From the human T2T-CHM13v2.0 reference genome, Homo sapiens: a stretch of DNA of 64,000 bases. The stretch lies in NCBI RefSeq assembly GCF_009914755.1, contig NC_060931.1. One strand, written 5' to 3'. Numbering within the stretch: the first letter of the stretch is position 1; the number at the start of each line of letters is the position of its first letter. Below the pieces are notes generated by a model. The model was not told where the DNA came from and ran no database searches. It worked only from the letters and a program-made list of their open reading frames with translations. Positions 1-15,555 of this stretch are shown here, in pieces. The position numbers and the translations under genes are program-made.

Positions 1-762
1 TAACCAAATTTTTATTTGGGTTTCTCTCTCATGTTTTCCTGGATGTCGATAGTTCTTTTATTCTCAAAAGAGCTTCATGAAACTAGAACTTCCAGTGTAT
101 CAGGAGGCATCCTTTAAACATTAAGGTCTATTTTAAGGTGAAATTCTACTATATTTTAAAAATTGTTTATTTAAATTCTATAACTTTTAGTGGATTGCAC
201 AAATTTATGCCTTGTTTATTTTATAATGACTTTATTACAATTTTAATAATTTAGCAATATTATATGAACGTGAAGTTTTATATCCTTCTTTAAATATTTT
301 GTAAGATGTTTATGTGATATTTTAAGTTTAAACTTATAAACTCTAATCATATTAACACTACTTACCATGAGTGTATGTAATAATTTTTCCTCTGTGGTGG
401 GTTTTTATATTGTTAATAAAGTTATATTTCATATTATCTTAAAATGGCAATTATTAAAAAGAAGAGCTTTCCCTCTGAGGACTGAGATCTCTCTTTTTGT
501 TGCCATTATTGTCAGTTGTTCTGGAATACTAATGCTTTGTTGATATAAGGCAACTGAGTTTTTTTCAACTGAGTCATTAGACACTTGAACAAGAGCAAAG
601 CTTTAGATTTTTCTCCATACCTATAGAGGGGCACTATGAAGTAGTTGGAAATTTGTCTGTGTGAGTCATATTTGAGCATTCCAAAGAAGGAATGAAGCAT
701 GTTTTCTTTTTCTCCTCATGACTAGTGATAATTGAGTATCTTTTCTTGTACTTATTGGTAAC

Positions 763-1729
763 TTTTTATTTTTAATTTTTATGAGTATATAGTAGGTATA
801 TATATTTATGGGTTATATGAGATTTTGATACAGGCATACACATATAATAATCACATCAGGGTAAATGGGATATCCATCACGTCAAGCATTTATCATTTTT
901 TTGTGATACAGGCACTCCAATTGTACCCCCTCAGTTATTCTAAAATGTATAACAAATTATTGCAGACTGTAGTCACCCTGTTGTGCTATCAAATGCCAGA
1001 TCTTACTTATTGTATCAAACTATGTATTTTTGTACCCATTAACCATCTCCATTCCCCACCCCACCCCCACCACTGTCCTTCCCAGACTCTGGTAACCATC
1101 ATTCTACTCTCTATCTCTCTGAGTTCAATTATTTTAATTTTTAGTTCCCACAAATGAGTGAGAATATGTGAAGTTTATCTCTCTCTGCCTGACTTATTTC
1201 ACTTAACATAATATCTTTTTTCCATCTATGTTGTTGTAAATGACAGGATCTCATTCTTCTTTATGGCTGAATAGTACTCCATTGTGCATACGTACCACGT
1301 TTTCTTCATCCATTCATCTTTTGATAGATACTTAGGTTGATTCCAAATCTTAGCTATTGTGAATAGTGCTGCAATAAACATGTGAGTACAGCTATATCTT
1401 TGTTATCCTGATTTCCTTCCTTTTGGGGATACACCTAGCAGTGGGATTGTTGGATCATACGGTAGTTCTATTTTTAGTTTTTTGAGGAACCTCCCTACTG
1501 TTCTCCATAGTGGTTGTACTAATTTACATTCCCACCAACAGTGTTTGAGAGTTCCCCTTTTGCCATATCCTTGCCAGTGTTTGTCATTACCTTTCTTTTG
1601 GATAAAAGCCATTTTAACTGGGGTGAGATGATATCTTGTTGTAATTATGATTTGCTTTCTCTGATGATCAGTAATGTTGAGCACCTTTTCATATACCTGT
1701 TTGCCATTTGTACGTCTTCTTTTGAGAAG
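763..1729 (-). mobile_element. LINE-1 3' end (L1MA2/3-like), 5'-truncated
   Basis: T-rich tail and L1MA-type 3'UTR ('gtatatagtaggtatatatatttatggg...aatcacatcagggtaaatggg'). ORF 1403..1684(-) is L1 ORF2 C-terminus ([10 protein letters not shown]...[13 protein letters not shown]...ELPYDP). Confidence 0.9.
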
Positions 1730-2556
1730 CTTGCTGTTTCCAAGTAGAGAAAATCACTGTTGCTGCCAACCAAGTAGCCGTGCAATAATTTGTTTACTTG
1801 CTGTCAACATTTTCCCCACCACAGTTTATCTCATAGAGAATTCTCAAGCCCAGCCAACTTTAAGATTTCATTTGTAACACAGAATGATTATGTTATATTA
1901 GATAAGAAAGGCTGTAGAGAGAGAAAAATCTCCTAACCTTGTCTTTCTGTCTTTTCTAGACATAATACGTTGATTTTTTTTACTCTGATTCTGTCCATTT
2001 AATTTTTATTACATGTTTCTCAACCATGGTCTTTCCTTGTTACTTTCAGGCATAGAACTTCCTAAATGTTTAGTCTCAGAGCAAGAACACTCAAGCTTTT
2101 CATGTTCTTTGGCACTAGCAGCCGTAACACATTGAATTTCTGGCAGTGGAATTTCTACTCACAGGATCTGACCCCTCACACCATGGCCCTGAATTAAAAA
2201 AGACATTGCTTCTGAGCATATGCAACTCAGCAAGGATCCTCAACAACTTGTGTCCTATGTAGACCTAGCATCTTTAATATCTATGTATGTTGGGAATTAT
2301 CTGTCAATGTGTCACCTTTAGGTTCTTTATTTTTCTACATCTGTCTTCTGTGGTCATAAATGCTGATTATAAGTTAAGCAGCAGTGTGCACACTACATCT
2401 TATGCACTAATGGTTGGATTTAGTATCCAACCATGGCAGGAGTGTGAAACAGTGAGATGGATCATTGACCTTTGTCTATAGGAGGCTCTTTTAAACCCTA
2501 CTGTGTATATCTCCGTTTTTTTTTTTTTTTTTCTGATAAACTTACCAGTGTAATTT

Positions 2557-2762
<206 letters not shown>

Positions 2763-5405
2763 TAATTTGTTTTCTCCTTGAACTCATACAAGACTCACTC
2801 TTTTAGCCAAAGTTGGTAAGAATTATTAGGTAGATTAAAAAAAAAAACACCCCAAAACAAATGTGGTCTGATGGTGAAGTATCACGATAAAGACAATTTG
2901 TAAAAACTGTGAAATCATATTAGATCTTAGTATAAAATTCTAATTTTCTATAAAAAAACACTTCTTAGAAGTCCTGAGCTTAGCCACTGGAACTGGCCAC
3001 AAGACCTGATTTGGGAAGAGGTAACCTGTTATATGAATTTAGTTAGTAAAATTGTAGAAATTCAGATGTCATTTGATCCCAGGGAAGTGTATTTCTCCCC
3101 AGCTATTAACCAGTGTCAACTGTCTGAAATTTATTGATCCGAAGGCTCTTCCTCATTTGTTGCCAGTAGCTCTCCCTCATACAGAACAAATGACTCACAT
3201 GCTCAAGCTAAATAAAGCACTCCGTAAAGATTTTTCTGCCTCTAGAACTGCTCAAAGTCAGCTCTCAATAGTGGGCACTGATTCTTGCCAACTGGTTTAC
3301 CCTTATTAACTCTATAGGTAGGTCCCTGTGAAACCACACTAACATGTAGATGTTCTCTCTTTTTCTTTCTTCTTCTTTTTTTTTTTAAAGGCTGCCCTTT
3401 TCAGACATTCCTTCTGAAATCTGTTAAGAATAACATAAGACTAGTCACAGATTTATTGATTTTTCCTGGGCATTTGACTATGTGAAGTGGAACCAGCTAT
3501 GACCTAAGCTTAGCAAGCTCAGTAAACACCCTCTCTTTGCTCCAAGGTCTGTATAACTTCTGTCTTAGTACACATGCCAAGCAGTCAGCAGGAACGGTCT
3601 TGTGGTAGATGAGATGATTTTCAGTCAGGATAAGTCAGATTGTTTTGCTTTTCTTTTTATTTAAAAAATTATTTTTTCACCCTTTAAAGTCTTGATGATC
3701 ATAATCCACTTCTTGATGGAATGTGTACCTGACACTTTGATACACTTTGCAACAGTCCTGATTGGCTTTCTGAACAGATTCCTTATTATCTAGGAATGAT
3801 ATCTTCTATCTAATTATTTTCCCAAATAACTGCTTAGTGTTTATTGCTTTAATATCAGAATCCTCTATTCTGCCAGACAAGTTGCAGCATTTAATTTGTT
3901 TTCTTCTAAAACACCTATGAAACAGATAAATTATCCATTTTATTTCATTTCTTGTAAGTTATTTTCTTAAAACAGGTATCTTATGGGTACATACTGGAAA
4001 CTTTAAAAAATGGCTAATGTAAAATTCATTTTGAAATATGATTGTGGCTTCCTTTTGTGGCAGTCCTGCTCAAAATTTTCCAAGTATCTCAGGAAGGAAG
4101 AAGCACGAATATGTACCTGCTAAAGCCCTTGGGGTGGGCACCTAACTTTAAAGATATTTTTATTTTTTTAAGCTGATATTATCACATTCATGTGACATTG
4201 GCACCCAGTGTGTAATAGAGCTGTGGTTATTTTAACATAAAATGCTTTAAATTATGGATCATCAGGTAGTAAACTGGAGGATATGAGATTTACTGTATTT
4301 TTTCCTTGTCATTATGCCTCTTTTCACATGGTGCATGTACTCTTGGGTATCCATCTTCCAATTTGAGACGTATAAATCAGAGTTTTTCAGTTGCTTAAAT
4401 GACTCTCTGTTTGAGACCAGAAGTGTTTTCAGAGGAAAATTTTGATATTCCCTCAGCTCACCTTCATGAGGGCTGTGAAATAAAAACTTTGGGGAGTTGC
4501 CTGGATTGGATTCCTTAGCAAGCTGACCCCACTACTCATTTGATTGTTAGAATGTGCATTTCTTTTAATTAGAAATAGAGAATTTCTGCACTTCACGTTC
4601 TGGCTAGACAATATGTTATCTGAATCAAATACTTACTAAATGCCCATGAGTTAGACACTGTGCTGACAGGCACTAAGAATAAACAGGTAGTTCTATATCT
4701 GATGTGATATTATTTATTTTGAATTGCTATATGCTTCATTAGTGTTTTTGGATGAAATTTAGTAAGATATAGACAGGGCAGATTTATTTCTGTGAGAAGA
4801 TTGCAAAATATAACAGTTCCCATTCTTGAAGTAACTAGAGAAAATTTTTTTAGTGCTTTTTAAAATAAGGTTTATATAATGGTGCGTTTCCTGCTGCATC
4901 TCTGCCATCAATTTCAACCAAACTGGTAGAAGTTTTGATTGAGAAGTAGCTGTAAGTTGACTTTCAGTGTTTTTACAGCTTAGCCTTTTCCTTAGAAGTC
5001 ACTTCTAGAACCAGATCCACCTGATTTAACAAAATGTGTTTGAGGTTGAATCATTGCAGGCTTTATTCTGTCTAAATGTTTTTTTCTTTTCTTTTTTTTT
5101 GTAGTATTTCGTAGAACTGGAGATCCTGTTTAGGCAGTTGATTCCACAGTTTTGACTATCAAGTAACCCAGTTGTAATGTGGGTGCTACAGCCTCAGCTT
5201 CTTAAATTTGGTTTGGAGCATCCTTTCAACCTTCTTTCTCCAGCTCTTAATAATTACCTGCTCCACTTCTTTAATGACTATTTAGTGGTAAGGTAAATAG
5301 GAATCTTGTCTTAAGATGAATTCATCTCAAAGTGATTTGGAGCCAAAAACCAGACCATGACATTTCTGGCTGTGGATTTCGTTTCCACCAACTCACCCTC
5401 TTGTC

Positions 5406-5686
5406 TTTTTTTTTTTTTTTTTTGAGACAGTCTCACCCTGTTGCCCAGGTCTGATAACAGCTCACTGAAGTCTCGACTTCCCTGGGCTCAGTGATTCTCC
5501 CACTTCAGCCCCCCAAGTATCTGGGACTACAGGAGTGCACCATCATGCCCAGTTAATTTTTATATAGTTTGTGTGTGTGTGTGTGGGGGGGGTAGATACC
5601 AGGTTTGCTATGTTGCCCAGGCTGATCTTTGCCTGCCTTGGCTTCCAAAGTGCTAGCATTATAGGTGTGAGCCACCGTGCCTGGCT
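5406..5686 (-). mobile_element. AluJ, degraded, with (TG)n in the mid-linker
   Basis: Poly-T, then gagacagtctcaccctgttgcccagg ... gtgagccaccgtgcctggc. Confidence 0.85.
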
Positions 5687-6591
5687 GGGTTCCCCCAACT
5701 CTCAAGGGGTGCTGAGTTGACTGATTATGGGAATGCCAGAACAGAATTCTGAGAATGCATTTGTGTTTTTCCTTCTTATCAGACTCATTTTAATAATATA
5801 ACAGATTTAATTTTTAGTTTTCATTGACTCTTTATCCAACTGATTTAAAATTTAAATATATTTATGCTTTAATCACTCATAAACTTGGACCTCAAGTTAA
5901 AAATTTAATATCCTTAGTTCCTTAGAATTTTGTAAGAATTTTTGAATTAGAAGTACAATTTTGTTTAGTTTTTACTTACACTAAAATAGGAAAATCATTA
6001 AGCTGTTTAAAAATAGTGGCACCAGACTGAACTAAACAGGAGCAGTGGAAAGTTTCACTTTAGAAACTGCTAGAGAACTGAATCCCTAGGGTGGTCCCTG
6101 GATGTGATGGTCCAATCTGTAAGGTCATCTTGGAAATAGATTTAGTTCTAAGTTTAGGACCAGAAAAGACTACTTCCTTCCTCCAGGCTTTTCACATTTA
6201 TCCCTAAAGCTATATTGAGTGAGGGCAGATATATTTTTCAATTCCACAACTGCTGGTGCACCACAACTTGTAAGGTTCTGTAATCTTAGTGCTCATATAA
6301 TGCCTTACACATATTAAGTTTTTAGTAAATATTTGTTGGGGGAGAATGAGTAGATGAATTGGCATGGTAAGAACTCTAAACTGAGCTCTGGGTTATAAGT
6401 AATACTGTTTATATAAGTGGAAATACGTGTTTTGTTTATTCATAGATTATAGCCAGAAAACTACACTTAAAAATAAATTCCTGAAGTGAAAGTAAAAATT
6501 AATGTTTTCTTCTCATGAAGTAAGTGTGGTGATACTTACAAGTTATTCAAATATTTAGAGATGCTCAGTAAATAACTACTTCTGTGGAGGG

Positions 6592-6935
6592 TGTCTTAGT
6601 CAGTCTGGGCTCCTTTAACAAAGTGTCATAGATTGGTGGCTTGTAAACAATAGAAATGTATTTCTCAGAGTTCTGGAGACTGGGAAGTCCAAGATCAAGG
6701 CATTGGCAAATAGGCAGTCTGGTGAGGGCCTTCTTTCTGTTCATAGATGGCACTTTCTCCCTGCTCCCCACATGTTGGAAGGGTCAGGGTGGCTTTCTGA
6801 GGATTATTTTATTCCATTCATGTGTACTTCACCCTCAATACCAAAGTACCTCCCAAAGGTCTCCTAATACCATCACTATGAGGGGTAGGATTTCATTTCA
6901 TGAATTTTGAGGGAACACAAATATTCAGTGTAGAG
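6592..6935 (-). mobile_element. MaLR solo LTR (MLT1A/MSTD-like)
   Basis: Starts tgtcttagtc and contains the hallmark 'ttctggagactgggaagtccaagatcaagg' and 'cctcccaaaggtctcctaataccatcac'. Confidence 0.8.
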
Positions 6936-6976
6936 AAAACACCTGAAGTCCAAAAATTTATATTAAGAAAAAGTCA

Positions 6977-7590
<614 letters not shown>

Positions 7591-10201
7591 AAGAAAAAGT
7601 CATACAAGTATAATTCACACTTGGATCTCTATCGCCATTTGGTTAATATTCCAGTTGTGTATTAGACATTTAATAAACATGTTCTGTATTCTTGTAGAGG
7701 AAGATGTGTGAGGAGGAATGGAATCTATCATACCTATTTAAGGAATGAACTGTATCATTTCCTCTCTAACTGTGGGGCTTAGAGCCCTAAAACCTCATGT
7801 AAAGATAAATTTGTGGCTGAGAAAGTTAAAATTTTAAGGGGAAACTAGGTTAGGGGACCTTAAATTGAAGGTATGTGACAGTTTTTGCATTTGCTAGAAG
7901 AAAACAAAGCACACTACAGACAATCTATGTGACATTTTATATATCTTAAATTAGTAATACTGGAACTGTCCTGCTCAACTTCATTTGCCATCCGTTGTTT
8001 GCTAGAGACTTTCTCAGTGCTCACTCTTACATGCTTGTAAATCTGTGCTGCTTTGTGAAGATGAGAGATGTATGAAGTAGTATTTTTCTGAACCTTCCCC
8101 TCTATTTAAATGCTCTGTGTCTGTGCTTTTCTGATTCAGAGTTGACCTTATGGGTCTTGCTTATAAGGTCCTATATTTCATAGTGAAATATGATTAGGAG
8201 GCTGATTAGGATGATTAAGAGAATGACAGGGTATTTACTTATGTTTGCCTCCTATCTGTTTATCAGTTCCCCTTCATTCTATTCAGGTTTCTGCAGCTGT
8301 GGGTCCTCCCATGGTTATTTCATGACAAGCCATTTACCCATGTCTCGGATGACTGTCTGCCCTCTGAGGATGCCTGGGTGTATTTTCTTTCTTCAGTCTC
8401 CATTTATCTTTCCTAATAATTCACTGCAACCATTTCTGCCATCTCTCTGCCATCAGCTATACCTCCCTTTTCTGTTTCTGACCTCTTTTCTCTTCTTAAC
8501 GAATTTTCCAAATAAGAGTGGCTCATGATTTGTAAAAAGTAGAACTGAAATTCATATTGAAATTCAGATAGAGAAGGTATACAGAAATATATTCACATAT
8601 AGTTGAATTTAATGTAAGGGATGTCAAGGTAGGGAAGTGATTACTATGTAGATGTTTTCTATTGTGTTTGTGATTGCAAGGAGGATTTTATATGATAGTC
8701 ATAGCTTGTCTTTAAAAGTTTGGTATGTGATAATATCAGAACAGTAAAAGGCTATTTCACATTTTAAAACTAAATCTTTATTAAATAATTATTTCACAAG
8801 TTAGTAATTATTGATATTCTTCTTCAGGGACTAGAGTTCCTATGCTTCCTAAACTGACTTTTAAGGAAAGATGAGACTATATTCAGTGCAGTTTTAATAT
8901 GACATATTTTATTATCTCTTATTTTTTAAATTGATATTTTATGAAGGAGTCTATGGAATATAATACGAAAATTCTGGTTGGGGAGGCAGGAAACCTGGCT
9001 TTCAAGTACACTCCAATAGCTTTTATATAAAATTCAGGTGTTCTTTTTCTCTAATACTTGAAATAGCTATTTTCATTTTCATGTCATTTTCTGTACTTTT
9101 CCTGATACTTTTAAACATTGTTTTATTTTCAAATGAACAGCCCTCAAAGATGAAAATAAAAAGCAAAAGTTTCTTAATGTCTTAAATGCTTTTGTGTATA
9201 TTAAGTGACTTTCTTTAAATTGAATCTTACTTTTCCACTGACATCTATGATGATTTCTGAAATGTGCTCCGGTGAGTAAAATTTGACAAGCCACTCCATC
9301 TGCCAGTGGCCTGGGTTTTTGTTGTTGTTGTTGTTGTTGTTTTTGGTTTGCCTTTTGTAAAAAATGCTTAGAGACAAGTCAACCAGTTTGTTTGCTGATG
9401 AACAGTTATTGCTTCACCCACCTGTACAACTTCATTGTCCTAGCTACAGGGGAAAATCATTTATTTTTCACTTGCGTCATTCTCCAGTCCTGTTGTCGTG
9501 TAAACTTATCATGTGCTCCTTGAAGCCATGCGAGCAGGCAGAGCAGAATTTCAGGAGAATGCCTTCAGCTAGTCTTCTAGTTAGTACTACACTGAGTTTA
9601 CTGCCTGCTTTTTAGAACTTCCTTGCCAAACCTTCACTGAATGACTCTTCATATAATTGAATACAGCTGTAGTTTATTTTATTTGCCGAAAATAATTACT
9701 GGTGCCCACTAAAATGGTGATTAAAATCCACTTGATGTTTGTACTCTTTTTTGCTGAGATTTTAAAAATGTGCTTACAGTGAGGCTTCTATAATAAAAAT
9801 AATGTAGTTTCCTGAATTATGGAATTCGTGTGTTCTCATTTAAGGTTGCAGTTTAAATTGATCTTTTATCAAAATTTAGACTGAAGAAGAGATTTTCCAT
9901 CTAATTTATTTACCTATAGAATTTTTAACTTTTTAGTATGAAGTACCATTTTGTGAGTGCTCTAATTTCTTATTTATTAAATAAAAAGAAAACTAAATTT
10001 TATTCATTGTGTGGATATAGCACATACACATAATTTTATAAACATCTTTTTGTAACCTATATTGAATCCCAGAGGTCCTGACTCAGGTTTCAGACAAGCT
10101 CAAAATACAGGCACTTACAACACAGGTGCTAACAACAATTTGTCCTAATCAGTTCAGGGCCAAAGTTCAGTTCCTTCTTCTCTGGCCAATAGGATGTTTT
10201 A

Positions 10202-10535
<334 letters not shown>

Positions 10536-10556
10536 GAAACATAGACATACCTTAGA

Positions 10557-10987
10557 GCAACAGTTCTCAAGGAGATACTTTGATGGAATCCCAGACATCT
10601 TCCTTTTCCAACTAAGTATCTGTGTGTGAGGCTGTGTTTTCTTTATTGTATTTCAACTAAACAACACATCATGATAGTCTGAATGCAGAAGAGAAAGGCC
10701 AACTGTTTTCTGTTGAGCTAGAAATTAAGGATATTTGTAAAATTATAAGGCTACTCTTTTTACTACCTTTCTTTTTGTTTTGGAAAATATAGTCATTTTT
10801 CATAGAAACATTCATGTAAATATGTAAAACAGTTAACTTAATAAATATATTTAAAATTTGTTTTGAAGTTTTGATTTCTAATATGAAAAATATTAACAGA
10901 TATAACTGACGTAAGAGTCCTTTGGGTCCTCAGTAATTTTTGAGAGCATAAAGAGGTCTTGGAGATCACAGAGTTTAACAACTGCTG
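10557..10987. mobile_element. hAT-Charlie family DNA transposon relic
   Basis: Degenerate terminal inverted repeats (caacagttctcaa ... tttaacaactgctg) and Charlie-like internal sequence ('ctgaatgcagaag'). Confidence 0.55.
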
Positions 10988-11006
10988 CCATAAAGAATTG
11001 CTTCTG

Positions 11007-11323
11007 GGCCGGGCGCGGTGGCTCATGCCTGTAATCCCAGCACTTTGGGAAGCCGAGGTGGGCGGATCACAAAGTCAGGAGTTCAAGACTAGCCTGGCCA
11101 ATATGGTGAAACCCTGTCTCTACTAAAATAGAAAAAAAAAAAAAAAAAAATTAGCTGGGCATGGTCGTGCACGTCTGTAGTCCCAGCCATTCAGAAAGCT
11201 GAGGGTGAGAATCACTTGAACCCAGGGGGTGGAGGTTGCAGTGAGCTGAGATCGCACCACTGTACTCCAGCCTGGGTGACAGAGCGAGACTCCATCTCAA
11301 AAAAAAAAAAAAAAAAAAAAAAA
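11007..11323 (+). mobile_element. AluS, full length
   Basis: Canonical dimer, long poly-A; TSD aaagaattgcttctg / aaagacttgcttctg. Confidence 0.93.
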
Positions 11324-12194
11324 AAAGACTTGCTTCTGTACTTAAATGCCAGTTTAACTTATAGATTGTCTTTAATCACAAAAGGGTCATCAATTGAAAA
11401 AAAACGATGTGTTTTATTTGGGTAAAGTAAAATAGGCCTAGAAGATGGGCAGATTCTAAACAGTATTCATCATCTGAATGAAAAGAAGATTCTGGATAAA
11501 CTCAGCATGCCTTTACAGATACAGAAGAGGAAGGGCGCTGATTGTGAACCATGGTGCTTCTTGGCATCTGTAACACAGGACTACTGACATTCTTTCTGGC
11601 ATTGTTATTATTCTGAATTGAAGGGAGCTCCTGTTCTGACATGTTGTAAACCAGTCTTTGTTTTTGAACTTTTTATGCAATGATGAGAAGAGATCTCAAC
11701 TTAGGAATCTTGTTGACATGCATGGAATAGGAAGTGGCATATAAACTTCCAAGATGATTGTAACGAAGTTCGTATAGTTGATGCACTGTGATTTAGTTTT
11801 GTCATTAAGATTCTGTTTTGGAAAAATATCTGACTTATAAAAAAATAGAATCTTAAAAATGTTTAATCATAATAACCACCTACATTATTAGAGTGCTTTG
11901 GAGTTTAAAAAGTAATTTTACATGTTCTAAAAATGTAAGCACGATAAAATAACTATGTAGGTTTAAGTTAATGTAATTGGTTTGGGTCACTGCTCTGTAC
12001 AGCCTGCACCCAGTGTTTATATTCAGTGTGTTATTACAAAATGCTTAATACATATTGTATGTAATCATCTGGCTCTAAGTACTATGCTTGTGTAATCCAT
12101 TGTTTTCATAATCATATTAGTATTTCTATTATAGGGATAATGAATTAGAGTTCAAGATGAAACAGTCGAACTTATTTATAAACAGAGAACTGAA

Positions 12195-12498
12195 TGTTTT
12201 TAGGATTTTTAGGGTAGTGAAACTACTCTTATGTTAATATATTGGTGGGTACATGTCATTATAAATTTGTCCAAACTCATAGAATATAAAATAAAAAGAC
12301 TGAACCCTAATGTAAAATATGGACTTTGGTGATAGCGATGTGTCAGTGTATGTTCATCAATTGTAATAAACATTCCTTTCTGGTGGGGAGGTTGTAAATG
12401 GGGGAGGGTGTGCATGTGTAGGGGCAGGAGTTATATGGGAATTCTCTGTACCTTCTGTTCAATTTTGCTATGAACCTAAAACTGCTCTAAAAAATAAC
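12195..12498 (+). mobile_element. LINE-1 3' terminal fragment (L1MC/L1MD-like)
   Basis: 'gaaccctaatgtaaaatatggactttgg...ctctgtaccttctgttcaattttgctatgaacctaaaactgctctaaaaaataa'. Confidence 0.8.
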
Positions 12499-13009
12499 CT
12501 CTGCTTTAAAAAGGTATGTGTACTCTATAATCTTTTATTAGAAATCTTTGTTGCTATTTTTACATGGAAAAATACAGGATGAAGTCATTATTCCCTAGAA
12601 TAAATTATGGAAGTCACCATTCAAAGTTATGATGGAGTCAGGATGCTACAAAGAAAGTAGATTATCTCAATAGTGTTGTGTATGTTGACTGATTTGGGGA
12701 AGAGAGAGTAATTAGTGAAAATATGTGAAGTCCATGTTGAGTCAGAACAAAACGGATAATCACCTTCTGAGATGAAAAAAATCATCAAAAAGAGTCTAAA
12801 AATTATCTGTTGGTACAGATTTTGGGAAAATCTAGAAGAGGTGGAAGTAGTGAGGCTGCTCATGTTATCACCCTAGTCTGGGTTTGCTGGTTAGAGCATG
12901 TATGATTGGAAGAGAGAGAGAGAAGTTCAGGAAATACCAACAGAGCATGGGAACTGTACTAGGTTCAGTGATTCCAAAACCAAAAATGAAAACTATATAA
13001 CAATGCTAA

Positions 13010-13335
13010 CAATATATGTAATATTTCCAGAGTTTCCAAAGCCTCATTTAAATTGTGCCTGAAAATGTTAGATATCATTTTTTAAAATTGGAAAAAATGA
13101 GGAATACAAAACTTAAGTAACCCATCCAAAGGCACATACTAGTAGGTAATAATGAAGATAACTAATAATAACTCATTTACATAAGAACTCTAAGAACTTA
13201 GTACTATTATTTCTAACTCACAGATGGGAAAACAAAGTGTCGATGAGGTTGACTAACTTGCGTAAGAGTGCGTGGTTAGTAAGTGACAGCTGGGATTTTA
13301 AACTAGATTGTCTGAGTCTGTGCTCTTAATCCGTA
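13010..13335 (-). mobile_element. MIR fragments
   Basis: MIR core-like 'acagatgggaaaac...gaggttgactaacttgc...gctgggattttaaac'. Confidence 0.55.
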
Positions 13336-15436
13336 TGTTCTACATCCTATCTGTTGGTTTTGTTATTTTTTGGATAGAGCATCTTGACTTACTTAGATTT
13401 AAAATAAAATCCATTGCAGCACAAACATTTGCAGGGGTGGCTAAGATCCTAACAGAGGCCCAGGGAGATGACAGCAAATCTTTCCTAATGCCAGGCTTAT
13501 ATTCTTGTCTCATTCTTGTCTTTGAAGTCAAAACATTTTTAGTCAGTCTCTAGAAACAGAAACATGACTGTGTCAGGACACTAATTAATTAGCATTGAGG
13601 AGTTGTTTTCTGATTATAAATATATAACTATTGTACTACCATTCCCTGGTTGGTAGGATTGCTGTTTGTGCACATTATTTGAGGAGATGGAATAAACAGG
13701 CAAAATCAGTTTTTACAACCCTGTGTGAATACTGGTCTGTACAGCAAAGATTATATTCATTATGGTTATAAACTCCTTGTCTGCCTACAATATTAATATG
13801 GAATGAATGTTATCACCAAGTTACTGTAACTCAGAAGACTTCAGAAAATATCCTCTAGGTATCAAATTAAATTTGTAACTACGGTACTTTTTGCTTGCCT
13901 TGAATGACTTTCCCTGGAAGCCAGAAGCCTTGTGTTCAGTTTCTAGCACCATCAGCAATGTTACCTTGGGTAAATCATTTAAACATGTTGAACGTATGTT
14001 CCATTTGGCAGTGGGAATGCCATATGCTCTCAAATTGCTTCAGTGTGATTTTGTAAAAGTGAAATTGATTTTAAAATATGAATATATAAAGTGATTTCAC
14101 TACTTATTAAGTAGAATGCATTGTATACTTCATAAAGCTAACAAATAATAAAAGAATAAATGATATTTTGGAATTTAAAAAAGACCTCTTTAGTTTTCTG
14201 TGATCCAAAATCTGGCTTAATTTTGCCTTAAAGCTATTCTTAGTGTTAATATATAATGCTTTTTAAAAATCGGCCAAGGTATCTTTGGGCATTTGTAGTC
14301 CTTTTCTGTTCAGAAATGTCATTAACTTGAAATATAAAGATGCTTTCTAAGGAAACTGGTTTGCCTAGCCAGATCTTTTAATGTAGTTATTTTGCTATGT
14401 GAGCTGTAAAACCCAAACATTGAGGCTGCTTTCCACAATGCCTTGTTGCCCAGACAGTGATGTCATGTTTTAAGCATGTTTAGTTTGCAAAGGTCCTGCT
14501 TTTGATCCTTTAGTTGTCACTTTTTTAATGCGGCTCCTCCTGAATCACAAAGGTACTGAAAGTAATTTGCTTCATTAAGGTCTGTTGCTGACACTGTTGT
14601 ATTTCAGTCGTCATTCTTCTCTTAGCCTCCTTCATTAAGACCTTATTCAAATTTGGATCATGGTTCTGCTGCGACATCCACGCCATTATCATCTAAATAG
14701 CAATTACATATTCAAACACAACAGCTTCTCCTTAACTGTCTGTAACTTAACATTTTACATAGATTCAAGTGGGAATTAAGAATAAAATGAATCTTTTCTT
14801 CGTGATTTACAACCCTCCCTTTCACCCTTGGTTTACTAGTTAATGTTGAATAAGCTACTTGTAGACGAAGGAAGACAAAATTATTGATTGCTCAGCTTTA
14901 GTTTTGTAGAGAGATATATATTATAAATTGTTTCTGTATTAAACAGTTACCCAAGTGTCAGTGACCCTTATTCAATCACCCATGTATTTATTAGACAGCA
15001 TTTACCATTTTGGATATAAGGGGATCAGGTCTAACACTCTGTTAAGAAATTAATAGGATCTTTTACAAAAGCAGCAGTGCTTTATAACTTGAAACATTGA
15101 AAGGAAACCTTTAAAAATAAGTCAACATATTTGTCCTTTTGGGACAGACCTCAAAAATAGAAGCAAATTCCATTAAAGTAGTAATATACTTTTCCTACTA
15201 CTTCGTTTTGGCCATCTTAAAATTATATTTTATAATTAGTAAATAAGCTGATTTGACTGAAACGAGCAACTATGTTTATTGGAGACAGACCCAGCTTTTC
15301 AACAGATAGAATGTTAGGACTTTTTTTGCCCATTAATATGTGGTTTAAAGGGAAGTTATAACAAGACACCAAATGCATATGTATATATACAAATACAGGC
15401 AGTTGTATGTTTTTAAGAAGTTTTTAACCAGCAAGG

Positions 15437-15460
15437 GGTGTGTGTTTGTGTTTGTGTGTC

Positions 15461-15497
<37 letters not shown>

Positions 15498-15555
15498 AAG
15501 GGAGAGGAAGGGAGAAAGTGTGGGAGGAAAAGAGGAGAGGAGGAGAAGACAGAAG
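15437..15555. repeat. Compound (TG)n-(GA)n microsatellite and purine tract
   Basis: Direct inspection. Confidence 0.9.

Noticed and set aside
763-1729. Similarity to 59629-61035 suggesting a segmental duplication
   Set aside because: Both are independent L1MA-family insertions and their flanks are unrelated.
9246-9262. ATGATGA...CTGA resembling snoRNA C/D boxes
   Set aside because: The boxes are only 3 nt apart, with no guide region or terminal stem.
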